Positions 53,085 to 63,646 of a stretch of 64,000 nt of DNA are shown one piece after another (the stretch's first letter is position 1; the number at the start of each line of letters is the position of its first letter). The notes under the pieces are model-generated. The model was not told where the DNA came from. It ran no database searches and saw only the letters and a list, made by a program, of their open reading frames with translations. The stretch comes from Tubulanus polymorphus (lineage: Eukaryota > Animalia > Nemertea). The translations under genes and the position numbers were made by a program. Location of the stretch: positions 11,124,850 through 11,188,849 of the forward strand of contig NC_134029.1 in NCBI RefSeq assembly GCF_964204645.1, read 5' to 3'.

Positions 53085-53416
53085 GAATTTTTATGTTCAG
53101 TCGTTTCTATTATGTTTAACGCATGCGCATTAAGCAAAACCGGCCATAAATGGCCGCATGTGACACATGTAACGCATGTGACGAGGGACATGAATGCGTT
53201 TGAATTTTCTATGTTCAGTTGTTTCTATTTTACAGAATTTATAGAATGAATATATAATTAGGATTAACACATGTGCATTGATCAAAACCGGCCATAAATG
53301 GCCGCATGTGACACATGTAACGCATGTGTTGTTTCTATTTTACAGAATTTATAGAATGAATATATAATTATGATTAACGCATGCGCATTAAGCAAAACCG
53401 GCCATAAATGGCCGGC
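53085..53416. repeat. Three imperfect direct repeats containing GGCCATAAATGGCC palindromes
   Basis: CAAAACCGGCCATAAATGGCCG near 53135, 53283 and 53393. Confidence 0.85.
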
Positions 53417-53553
53417 CGCTTGTATTATTTGGATATCAAGGAACTGAAACGACTTATCAAAAGCAGCGAGGAATGAAAAAGGATGACGTTGGTCGAAGAA
53501 ATGGAAGAGGATTATAAAATATTAACCAATTTTAATAAAAATACGTATAATAA

Positions 53554-54234
53554 ATGGAACCAGAACAATCACAAGCTATAAATATAAACAATAAGAAATG
53601 TTCTAAATGTAAAATAAATAAACAACTCTCGGAATATTATAATTATAAAACTCAGAAAGATGGTAAGCAAAGTTATTGTAAAATTTGTAGTAAACTAAGT
53701 GACAAACAAAATTATAGAAATAATACCGAAACACGCAAAGATAAAAATAAGCAATGGAAAGAAAATCATTTAGAACATATTAAAGTGTATAATAGAAATT
53801 ATCATAAAGAAAGATATCAAACAGATTTTAATTTTAAAATGAAACAATGTTTGAGATCTAAAGTATCAAAATTATTCAGTAAAGAAAACCACTCAGTTAC
53901 ACTAGCACATTTATTGGATTGTTCAGATAAATTTCTCAAATCATGGATTATATATCAATTCGATGATAAAATGAATATAGATAATTATGGGGATTATTAC
54001 CATATTGATCACGTGTTACCAATATCTAAATTTAACATGAATGATGAATACAATAAAAAACTTATTTGGAATTGGAAAAATTTAAGACCTTTAGAAAAGA
54101 AAGAAAATCAAATCAAATCTAATAAAATAGATTTACAGTTATATTTGAATCAACTGGAAAAAGTAAAAAAATTTATTGAATTATGGAATTCAACACATAA
54201 TGAACAATACGTTGAGTCTTTAATGAGTGGTTAA
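53554..54234 (+). CDS. Zinc-ribbon + HNH endonuclease
   Basis: KKCSKC......Y.....KDG..SYCK.C and HIDHV.P.S.F......NW.NLRPL...EN..KSNK. Confidence 0.85.
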   Translation: MEPEQSQAININNKKCSKCKINKQLSEYYNYKTQKDGKQSYCKICSKLSDKQNYRNNTETRKDKNKQWKENHLEHIKVYNRNYHKERYQTDFNFKMKQCLRSKVSKLFSKENHSVTLAHLLDCSDKFLKSWIIYQFDDKMNIDNYGDYYHIDHVLPISKFNMNDEYNKKLIWNWKNLRPLEKKENQIKSNKIDLQLYLNQLEKVKKFIELWNSTHNEQYVESLMSG

Positions 54235-54483
54235 AGAATAATAGATTTTAAATAAAAAGTATTTAAAAAACAATAACTTCAACTAGCTAGCGAATTCTAT
54301 TATATTTTTAATATTTTCTTTTCAAAAAGAGAATACTTTATATTTTGAATAGATCCGAATAGAAATTCTTTAAATTCAAATAGCTAGTATCAGTAGTCAA
54401 TACTAGAGTTCTTTAACTTTAACTATCTAGTATCATTTGAAGAATATTTATAATATTTTTTTTGCTTTTTTTCTCTAATATAA

Positions 54484-55086
54484 ATGTCAAAGAAATCTAA
54501 TAAGAATAGTATTGATATTGAAAAGACATTAGATGATTTAGGTATTAGTGATAATAAAGATACAGTTGTTTCTAATTCTACTCAAGTTAATAACAATATT
54601 GATTATGAATACTATTTATATTGTAAACACCATCTTGAATTATTAATTGCCGGTGGAAAAACTAAAGAGTTTATTGGTAAAACAATAACTTTTCAAGAAT
54701 TAGATAATATGAATAAAGAAAAAGTAATAAAATATTTTAAGATTTATGAAGAAGCTCGATTAGCTAGAATAAATGATTCTATTTCAGATGGTATTGTCAA
54801 ATGTTATTCTAAGTTATGTAACCAGTTAATACCAATTGATGATGAAAATAAATTATATAATGATTTGAAAAATGACTATTTAGTTATGACTGAATTACAA
54901 AAATGGGTTGGATATGCTTCATTTCAATTAGGATCGGTTATGACATTAATTTCTACTGGTGTCATAACATTTTCGAACATCAAACCTATGGAATATAAAT
55001 CAGGTAAGAACGAAACAGATGTACTACAACCAAACAGTGAAACAGAAAATGAATCAGAACAAAAATTAACTAAAATAAATGAGTGA
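54484..55086 (+). CDS. Hypothetical viral protein
   Basis: Intact 200 aa with T-run + TAAATG start. Confidence 0.75.
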   Translation: MSKKSNKNSIDIEKTLDDLGISDNKDTVVSNSTQVNNNIDYEYYLYCKHHLELLIAGGKTKEFIGKTITFQELDNMNKEKVIKYFKIYEEARLARINDSISDGIVKCYSKLCNQLIPIDDENKLYNDLKNDYLVMTELQKWVGYASFQLGSVMTLISTGVITFSNIKPMEYKSGKNETDVLQPNSETENESEQKLTKINE

Positions 55087-55489
55087 TGGAGTTAAGAAAA
55101 AGGCTAGATCAGAGAAACAAATTAAATGGGCAAGAGAATTAGGTAAAAGATCATCAGAATTAAAAAAAGCTAAGAAAAAGAAATTAACTGATATAAATGA
55201 ATCACAGAAATTATCTGATGGTGCCGTACAGCACCCACACGGTGGTATTGATTCAAATAATAATCCATCTGATTCTTCTAATAGTGGAAGAAATAATTAC
55301 TTATATATTACAATTGGGTTAATCACAATTATTATATTCTCCGGTGTAATATATAAATCAAAATTCAATTCTGATGATAAAGATGATTCCGATGATCGGA
55401 AACTTAGTTATCCGTGTACAGACAATAAACCTATCATACCAGAAAATAAATCAAATGAAAATAAATCTAAAATATTATTAATGGATTAA
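55079..55489 (+). CDS. Basic N-terminus, single-TM protein
   Basis: YLYITIGLITIIIFSGVIY hydrophobic segment; TAAATG start. Confidence 0.7.
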   Translation: MSDGVKKKARSEKQIKWARELGKRSSELKKAKKKKLTDINESQKLSDGAVQHPHGGIDSNNNPSDSSNSGRNNYLYITIGLITIIIFSGVIYKSKFNSDDKDDSDDRKLSYPCTDNKPIIPENKSNENKSKILLMD

Positions 55490-55492
55490 AAT

Positions 55493-56581
55493 ATGATGAA
55501 AAAAGAACAATATTTAAGAGATTTATATTATAATCCAGAAAGTGAAGTTTCATATTCAAGTGTTTCAGAATTATGGAATAAAATTAAATCTGATAAAGAA
55601 AAAATAAAATATAGTGAATTAAAATCATGGTTACAAAATCAACCCACATATCAAATTCATAAAAAGATGGATAAAAAATATTTAACAAGAAAAGTAATGG
55701 TTTCATATATTGACCAACAATGGCAAGCTGATTTAATTGATATGAAAAACTTAGAAGAATATAACAAAGGATATTTTTGGATACTAAATGTTATAGATAT
55801 ATTCAGTAGATACGCATGGAGTATCCCGATTAAAAATAAAACTGGTATAGAAGTTACAAATTCTTTCAAATTAATATTTAAAGAAGCTATCCCAGATAAA
55901 ATACAATTTGATGAAGGTAAAGAATTTTATAACAAACATTTTAAAAAACTATTAACTGATAACGATGTAGAATATTTTTCAACACATTCAGATAAAAAAG
56001 CATCTGTTATAGAAAGATTTAATACAACATTGAAAACTAGAATGTGGAAATATTTCACCGCTAATGAAACATATAAATATATCGATGTGTTAGATGATTT
56101 AGTTAAAGGTTATAATAATTCTAAACATAGTTCTATAAATATGAAACCTATACAAGCTAGAAAAGAAGAAAATTCAGAAATAGTTTGGAATAATTTATAT
56201 GGTGCGTTTGTTACACATGATTTTGGAGAACCTAAATTTAAAATAGGACAACATGTTAGAATTTCTAAATATCGAAAAACATTTTATAAAGGTTATACCC
56301 CTAATTTTACTGAAGAAATATTTAAAATTAAAAAGATAATATTAACTAAACCATTTGTTTATAAATTGTCTGATTTAAAAGATGAAGAAATATTAGGTTA
56401 TTTTTATGAACAAGAATTATCATTAGTACCAAATCCAGATGAAATAGAATACAAAATAGAAAAAGTATTGAAAACAAAAACTCTTAAAGGAAAAAAGTAT
56501 TCTTTGGTGAAATATAAAGGATATGATGATAAATCTAATGAATGGATTTTATCTAGTAAAATTAAAAGAATAAATGAATAA
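55493..56581 (+). CDS. Retroviral-like integrase with C-terminal chromodomain
   Basis: WQADLID, IDIFSRYAW, QFDEGKEF, IERFNTTLK, LVKYKGY....NEW. Confidence 0.95.
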   Translation: MMKKEQYLRDLYYNPESEVSYSSVSELWNKIKSDKEKIKYSELKSWLQNQPTYQIHKKMDKKYLTRKVMVSYIDQQWQADLIDMKNLEEYNKGYFWILNVIDIFSRYAWSIPIKNKTGIEVTNSFKLIFKEAIPDKIQFDEGKEFYNKHFKKLLTDNDVEYFSTHSDKKASVIERFNTTLKTRMWKYFTANETYKYIDVLDDLVKGYNNSKHSSINMKPIQARKEENSEIVWNNLYGAFVTHDFGEPKFKIGQHVRISKYRKTFYKGYTPNFTEEIFKIKKIILTKPFVYKLSDLKDEEILGYFYEQELSLVPNPDEIEYKIEKVLKTKTLKGKKYSLVKYKGYDDKSNEWILSSKIKRINE

Positions 56582-57188
56582 AGATTTGTTTATATTTGAA
56601 CCACATAATATGTTAGTTACTGGAGTTACAAATTGTGGTAAAACACACTTCATATTATATTTATTAGAAACTATTTATAAAAATCATTTTGATAATATAA
56701 TATTATTCTGCCCAACTTATGAAATGAATGAAACGTATAATAGAGATATAGTTTTTAAAGATAAAAAGTTTATTATATTAAATTCTAAAACAGTGAAAGA
56801 TAATTTAGATAATTGTATAAAAATTGCATTAGATATTTATAAAGGATCTAATACATTATTTATTATCGATGATTGCGCAAATTTACATGATTCTAAAATT
56901 AGAGAAAGTGAGTTATGTTATTTAGCTTTCTCTGGTAGACATTTTGGGATAACAACTTGGGTTTTAAATCAGAAATATAATTCAATTGTGAAAGATTTTA
57001 GAGAGAATATAAGATTTCTAGTTTTATTCTACAACAAAGATAGAAAATCTATGCAACAATCATTGGAAGAAAATCAAATTATACCTACTGAATTACATGA
57101 TGAATATATGAATAAATTAAAGAATAATAAAGGTTCAAAATTATTAATGAGATTACAATTTCCATATGAATATAAATTTATAAAATAA
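56574..57188 (+). CDS. A32-like packaging ATPase
   Basis: GVTNCGKT, FIIDD, GRH, Q.Y......REN. Confidence 0.92.
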   Translation: MNKDLFIFEPHNMLVTGVTNCGKTHFILYLLETIYKNHFDNIILFCPTYEMNETYNRDIVFKDKKFIILNSKTVKDNLDNCIKIALDIYKGSNTLFIIDDCANLHDSKIRESELCYLAFSGRHFGITTWVLNQKYNSIVKDFRENIRFLVLFYNKDRKSMQQSLEENQIIPTELHDEYMNKLKNNKGSKLLMRLQFPYEYKFIK

Positions 57189-57206
57189 AATCCTAATTTG
57201 GAATAT

Positions 57207-57570
57207 TATAGAAACTAATTTATATATCTATGTACTAGACGTACGAGTAAGAAAGTAAGATTCTTACCTTTTTACTTTCTTGGCAAGAATCTTGGATTCT
57301 TACGTACGTCTAGTCCATAAAAATATGAATTATTAAATGAAATATATAATAATGAATAAATCATATATTAAAACTATGTTTATAATTTATATTTATAATT
57401 TATATTTATAATTTATGTTTATAATTTATATTTATAATTTATATTTATAATTTATGTTTATAATTTATGTTTATAATCTATGTTTATAATTTATATTTCT
57501 TGGCAAGGATTCTTGGATTCTTACTTTCTTACTCGTACGTCTAGTGCATAGATATATAAATAGTTTTATA
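57207..57570. repeat. Inverted repeat enclosing a 12-bp AT-rich tandem array at a convergent gene junction
   Basis: TATATATCTATGTACTAGACGTACGAGTAAGAAAGTAAGA and its reverse complement at 57520-57559; (TTTATAATTTATR)n between them. Confidence 0.85.
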
Positions 57571-57594
57571 GATATATAAATAGTTTTATAATAA

Positions 57595-58728
57595 TTATTC
57601 TAATTTTGTTTCTAATACATTTATAAAATCATCTTCGTTTATATCAAATTCTCCATAAGTCTTTGGTATATTTATTGAGTTTAGTCGATCCATCATTAAT
57701 CTATAATCAGTAGGCATATTAATTTTTTCTTTTATTTTTTCAAAGTTTTCATCAAAATCATAATAATAAAAATCACTATCATATCCAAAATTAATTATCA
57801 AATAAGTTGAATCTTTTCTTCTCAAATATAATAATTTATACATTTGTTCAAGATTATCGTTTGCATAATCTAAAAATTTATGTAATAACAAATTATAGAA
57901 TATATCATATTGGTTAATATTATAATCAAAATATTTTATATATTCTAAAGGGTTATTTAACAATGGTAACATACCCACTTTTTTATAAACATTAATTAGA
58001 TGTAATTTTGATTTATAATGAGTAATTTTATCAACAGGTTCAGTTTCTTTATTACAATAATCACATATTAATTCTTTTTCATTTTCTATGTGCCACTTAG
58101 ATTTTTTATGTTTAGAAAAATTACTTTTAGAAATATCTAAATTACAAATGTTACAATGTTTTTTAGAATCATCAATTATTTCATTATCTGTTATATCATT
58201 ATCATTAGTTTCAATTGGGTTAACATTATTTATTACATTATCTGTTATATTATCTATGGTATCATTAGTTTCAATTGGGTTAACATTATCTTTTATATTA
58301 CTAACTGATATATTATTATCATTATTATTCTTTTCTTTTTCTATATGTTTCTTTGATTTCTTATGTGATGCCCAATTTTTATATGATATATATTTCTTAC
58401 ATACATCACAATATTTTTCATTTATCTTTTTGGTTTTGATATCAGGTTCAATCTTATCATAATTCGATGTAGAAGGTATAACATTATCTTCTATTTTAGA
58501 TTCAATATCATCTTCTATTTTATATTCAATATCATTCTTATCTTCTATTTTAGGTTCAATATTATCTTCTATTTTTGTTTCAATATTCTTATCTATTTTA
58601 CTTATTCTATATTTGAATTGATTAAAGTAATCTCCAAAATACTTACTGTATTCATCATAAGGTAATATATAATATATATCTGATATCATTTCACTTGGAG
58701 TTTGTATTTCATATATTCCACCTTCCAT
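57595..58728 (-). CDS. Protein with three matrin/U1-type zinc fingers and acidic repeats
   Basis: CDVC...HKKSKKH, CNIC...HKKSKWH, CDYC...HYKSKLH; KIED repeats. Confidence 0.8.
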   Translation of the reverse strand: MEGGIYEIQTPSEMISDIYYILPYDEYSKYFGDYFNQFKYRISKIDKNIETKIEDNIEPKIEDKNDIEYKIEDDIESKIEDNVIPSTSNYDKIEPDIKTKKINEKYCDVCKKYISYKNWASHKKSKKHIEKEKNNNDNNISVSNIKDNVNPIETNDTIDNITDNVINNVNPIETNDNDITDNEIIDDSKKHCNICNLDISKSNFSKHKKSKWHIENEKELICDYCNKETEPVDKITHYKSKLHLINVYKKVGMLPLLNNPLEYIKYFDYNINQYDIFYNLLLHKFLDYANDNLEQMYKLLYLRRKDSTYLIINFGYDSDFYYYDFDENFEKIKEKINMPTDYRLMMDRLNSINIPKTYGEFDINEDDFINVLETKLE

Positions 58729-58760
58729 TTATTATATATATTTTTATTAAAGTTAAAATT

Positions 58761-60013
58761 TTAATACATAACACTATCTAATTGTGAATTTACAATATTT
58801 AATTGCGCGTCAGATATAATATAAATGTGCATTTTAAAATTTTTGATTCCCTTTTTCTTTGTTATGAATAATTGTATTCCATCTTTAGTGTTTTGTAGTT
58901 TTTTTCCAGAACCATGTAATGAATTATCCTCTGTTGTTCTAAAATCTAACCATAATGCATATTTATTACCGGTATAATAATCAATTTGATTAATATTACA
59001 ATTTTCAGATGATTTTATTTTTTCATTCATAAAATGTTTTTTAATTTCTACCCATTGATCAATCATTCTCATTCCTTGACAAAATATTTTATTCGCTATA
59101 CCTTCGATAGTTATTTCTACTTTTGTTATTTCAGGATTATAATAATTATCAACATTTATTGCACCATTAGTATGTAGTACGTTCCAATAGTAAAAAATAT
59201 TAATATACCTTTAATAGATCTTCTAGGAAAGTTAATATTCTCATTAATTATTTCATCATTTGCATTAATAGTTACAGTTTTAAATTTATCAATATAATCA
59301 TATAATAATGAAAACCCTTGATTGTATTGAGTTTGAATTATACTTGAAATATTTTCATCAGTTACTGTATCATATTCTAAACATATATTCGATAATTTAT
59401 AACTCATATCTTTATTAACGCTAGATAATACAATTTCATTTACAGGAGCAAATGTTATCTCAAATATAATATCTTCTTGAATTGCGTATTTATATAAAGG
59501 TGCATTATTATTTATCAATTCAAAGTCTAATGGAATTTTATATTTGCTTCCATATATACTTTTTATCAATTTATCTACATCATTAGTTAATATTGCGCTA
59601 TTAGCTTCTGATCTTAATTTATTTTGGTTTTCTGATTGAATTCCTTGAAATATCATATTATTTCTATTTTCTTTAGTTAACCATAAATCTTTATAATGCA
59701 TAAATAAATTATAATAATCTAATGAAAAAACTGTTTCTGGACCAATCTTTATTGTTAACTTTTTAATCAAATATCTTCCAACATTATCAACAACATAATT
59801 ATTATTATTACCGATTACTTTTATATCAGCTGATAAATAAATACTATTTGGAACATAAAAAGTATTTTGTGTTAATCGAGGGATTCTAACGTATAAAGTT
59901 TCATCGGGATTAATATTTGAAGGGTTATGAGTAATTATATGATGTGATCTTTCTGCTTTAATAGCATTAGATATTCTATGATTCTTCGAAGGACTTATAT
60001 AACTCCCACTCAT
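58761..60013 (-). pseudogene. Major capsid protein, single frameshift
   Basis: Homolog of 110-1376; ~5 extra nt near 59170-59180 relative to A split the ORF. Confidence 0.78.
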
Positions 60014-60057
60014 TTATTTAACAAAAAAATTAATTATTTATTTTTTGATATCATGGT

Positions 60058-61770
60058 TTACTTGATATTTTTTGATATCATATTTACTAAACCAAAAATA
60101 ATAGCACTTACAACTGTAATTAAAAATAAAATAATATGTTCAGCAGCAAAGTTAATAATGTTTCCTGCAGATTTCAATATAAAACCAACAATTGAAGCAA
60201 TAACTCCTGGTAAAGCTGCAGCAGATTTCTTTGATAGTTCCCATAAATATTTTGCTAATTTCTTTAAACCATCCTTAACTTTATCTTGTATAGAATTATT
60301 ACCTGGAGGTTTATCTGGTTTATTGGGAGTGGGAGTAGGAGTAGATTTTAAAGCATTTGATATTGCTAAACCAATTGTTGTAAATAACATAGTTACAGCT
60401 GTTAGAATTGAAAGAATTGTTATTCCTTCTAATTTAAATAATAACTTTATACTGTCTTTTAATGATATTTCAGAATCTGGTTTAATCAACAAATCTTTAA
60501 AAATAACTTTTGATTTTTTAATATGATTAAGATCATATGATTTTAATAATATATCTCTTTCTTCTTTTTGTAATTTTATGTTATATTCTAAATCATATAT
60601 TTCTTTTACTAAAACTAACTTTCTGCTTTCAAAATCAGCTTCATAAACTACTTGATGATCTCTATTTAATTCTAATTGTTTTAATTCTTCATCTACATTA
60701 ACTAATTCTTTTTCTAATATGGTTATTTTAGAAAATCTCATCTTAATATTAGCAATTTCACCAGCTGATTCATGCATACCTTTAATTTCTCTACGTGCTT
60801 GTTCAGGAAATGCTTCTAATTCATCATCAGTTAAATCAAGTAATCCTTTTTCTAGTAAAGATTGTATTCGATTTATTCTAGTTTCAGTACCGGGCGTATC
60901 TAAAATACTAATCATATCTTCTTCAAATGAATTCATTGTATCAATTATTTTACCATAATTTAATTGATTTGAATCATTATCAATTTGTTGAATATCTCTT
61001 CTCGATGTTTCGGGTGTTGAAGATCTCAATCTATCTAATCGATTTCTATTCTCTTCCATTTCTGGATCAAAATCAGTAGGATTTGGATTTGGATTTTTAA
61101 ATGGTGAATATTTGTTTATATCAATATTAGGAATTGGTTCTTCTTCATTTACTCTATCGAGTGCATTCCATATAATTCTGAGAAATTCTGTGCCACCTTT
61201 TGAACGTTCAATTGTAGATGTTGCTCGCATTTCAGGTTCATAAATATTTTCTTGACCCATTTTAGATAATTGAATTGTTACAATATTCCTATTTAAATCA
61301 AGATTATAATACCATGCATCATTTTTAAATTCTAAATTATTTGTGAAATATGGGTCATCTTTAAAAATTTGTTCTACAACACCTTCTGTATCAATTTCAT
61401 GTATTACAACTGTTGGTAATAATTCGTTAACAATTGTATCTGTTACTCTAGATTTCATTTTATATAATTCCTTAGGTTTATCAGGATATTTTTCTTGTTG
61501 TTTTTCTAATACATTCATTAATTCTTTTCTTTCTGTTCTAGTTGTAATTCTATCACTTTTAGGAGCTTCTAAATATTTATTTAATTTTTCACGTACTTCG
61601 GCATTAATTCCATCATCATAATCATCATCTTCACCTCAATTAGTATTATATGCTGATTCATCATCATTATCAATATTAGTTTCTGCATCATTATAATCAT
61701 CATCAATATATCCTTCATTATTATTTCCCATTTCTCCCATTTCATAATCTTCTCCACCTTCTACATCCAT
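60058..61770 (-). pseudogene. Acidic/coiled-coil membrane protein (frameshift near 61635)
   Basis: TAAATG-MDVEGGED start at 61770, as in A at 2830; 486-aa ORF with C-terminal hydrophobic helices. Confidence 0.75.
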
Positions 61771-61786
61771 TTACTTAATAAAAAAA

Positions 61787-63175
61787 TTAAAATTTAAAAT
61801 ATAATATTCCTCCGATTACAATTCCTATACAAGTTATAGCTAATTTAGTATTTTCATGTGATTTATTATCATCATTTAGTTTAATTATATCATGTTGAAT
61901 TTTATCAGTTCTATTATTTTCTGATGTATTGTAATCTTTTATTTTAGAATCATTAACCAATTTAATATTCTTAGTTTTAGTTTCTGTTGATTGAATGTGT
62001 TTTTTATTTTTTTCACCTTCCATTAATTTTGGAGCAGTAATAATCTTTTTATTTATATCATTTAATCCAAATGAATTATTTATTGTTGCAGTTTTAATTA
62101 GATTATTATAACCAATTATATTTCCCATCTTCAATACTAAATCATTAGAAATAATTAATAGATTAGGGCCTATACAATAATTAAGTCTTACATGAGATTT
62201 ATCTAAATAATTTTGATATCTTATAATGTTTTCTGGAATCGATCTATTTTTATCATTATGAATTGAATCTTCAAATAAAACTTTAAACTGTTTTTGTGTA
62301 TCGAATGATGTATTCAAATTTCCAATTATCGGTGATCTTGTTTCAACTTGCGCACCTAAAATACATATCAAATAAGTTCTAATAGATTGATTTATTCTTT
62401 CTATACCTGATTTAGTAAAACCTTCACTATTTTCTAAAATAAAATAAACCCAACCATTATTGTTTTCTTGTTTTAAATTATCATAAAATTTTGGTAATTT
62501 ATTGAAATTTAATGTTTCTAAATCCTTTGTTTCTATTTTACCATAACCTAATTTATTATTATAGATATTATAAAAACTATTAGATGGTATGGGAAGTGCA
62601 CAATATTCTGCAATCTTTCTAGGGCATGGAAGTGATCTTATTGTTCCAATTTTTGTTCTAAAATCAGAATTATTTATATCTATATTAAATTCATTGCAAA
62701 TCTTATAAAACTTTGATAAATTAATATTATTATCTAATTCTTTGAAATACCTAGATCCTGGTAAAGCGCACTCTAATTCATTTAATATTATTCTGATTTG
62801 AAAGTATGTATGAAATCTAAATAAACTTTGAATTAATTTATATTTAGAATTATTCAAATGATCATTCCAACTAATTCCACATCCTGTTGTTGCACAATAA
62901 ACAGCAAAATTTAATTGATTCTGCCAATACTTCATATTAGATTTTAATAACCATTGTTTTTCATCTTTCAATTTTTTAAAATTAATTAAATATACATGAA
63001 ATATATTTTCCATCTTTGCATTAAAATTATTAGTTTCAGTAACATAAATATATAAATCAATTAATGAATCTAAAACTTCATTTCTATATGTAATATCTTT
63101 ATTAAAATCTATTGCTGGAATATTATATTTAATTGATTTATTATATTGGAAAGTTTTTGGAAAACTATCTGCCAT
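61787..63175 (-). CDS. Conserved 462-aa protein with C-terminal TM anchor
   Basis: Intact; WQNQLNFAVYCATTGCG; ends LAITCIGIVIGGILYFKF. Confidence 0.85.
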   Translation of the reverse strand: MADSFPKTFQYNKSIKYNIPAIDFNKDITYRNEVLDSLIDLYIYVTETNNFNAKMENIFHVYLINFKKLKDEKQWLLKSNMKYWQNQLNFAVYCATTGCGISWNDHLNNSKYKLIQSLFRFHTYFQIRIILNELECALPGSRYFKELDNNINLSKFYKICNEFNIDINNSDFRTKIGTIRSLPCPRKIAEYCALPIPSNSFYNIYNNKLGYGKIETKDLETLNFNKLPKFYDNLKQENNNGWVYFILENSEGFTKSGIERINQSIRTYLICILGAQVETRSPIIGNLNTSFDTQKQFKVLFEDSIHNDKNRSIPENIIRYQNYLDKSHVRLNYCIGPNLLIISNDLVLKMGNIIGYNNLIKTATINNSFGLNDINKKIITAPKLMEGEKNKKHIQSTETKTKNIKLVNDSKIKDYNTSENNRTDKIQHDIIKLNDDNKSHENTKLAITCIGIVIGGILYFKF

Positions 63176-63191
63176 TTATATAATTAAAAAA

Positions 63192-63626
63192 TTAATAATT
63201 TATTAATTCTTTTAATAATTTATCTTGCTCTTCAACTGTTATATGACCATTTAAACTTATTATATAATCTAGTGTGTTCTTTAATTTATTAATTTCTTTT
63301 ATATTAGTTTTAATTTTTTCTTTATTACTTTTTATATTTAATTTTGAACTTATACCAGTTAAAACACTTGAACTTAATCCTAATACACCAATTGATATAG
63401 CTAAAGGTGTTAATGGACTGAATATTGCTAGAAATGTTATTACAGAACTAATTGTAACCGAACCACTAATAATCAAATAATATATAATTTTACTTTTTAA
63501 ATATTTTTTCTTTTTTATCTTTAAGTCACTTTCAAATTCTAATATTTGTTTTTCTAAATATGTTTTTAATTTAGTTTTATTTATATCATGAGGAATAATA
63601 TCAATACTATCAACTTTATCTTCCAT
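63192..63626 (-). CDS. Viral membrane protein (homolog of 6691-7116)
   Basis: Near-identical translation. Confidence 0.82.
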   Translation of the reverse strand: MEDKVDSIDIIPHDINKTKLKTYLEKQILEFESDLKIKKKKYLKSKIIYYLIISGSVTISSVITFLAIFSPLTPLAISIGVLGLSSSVLTGISSKLNIKSNKEKIKTNIKEINKLKNTLDYIISLNGHITVEEQDKLLKELINY

Positions 63627-63646
63627 TTATTTAGCAAAAAAAATTA

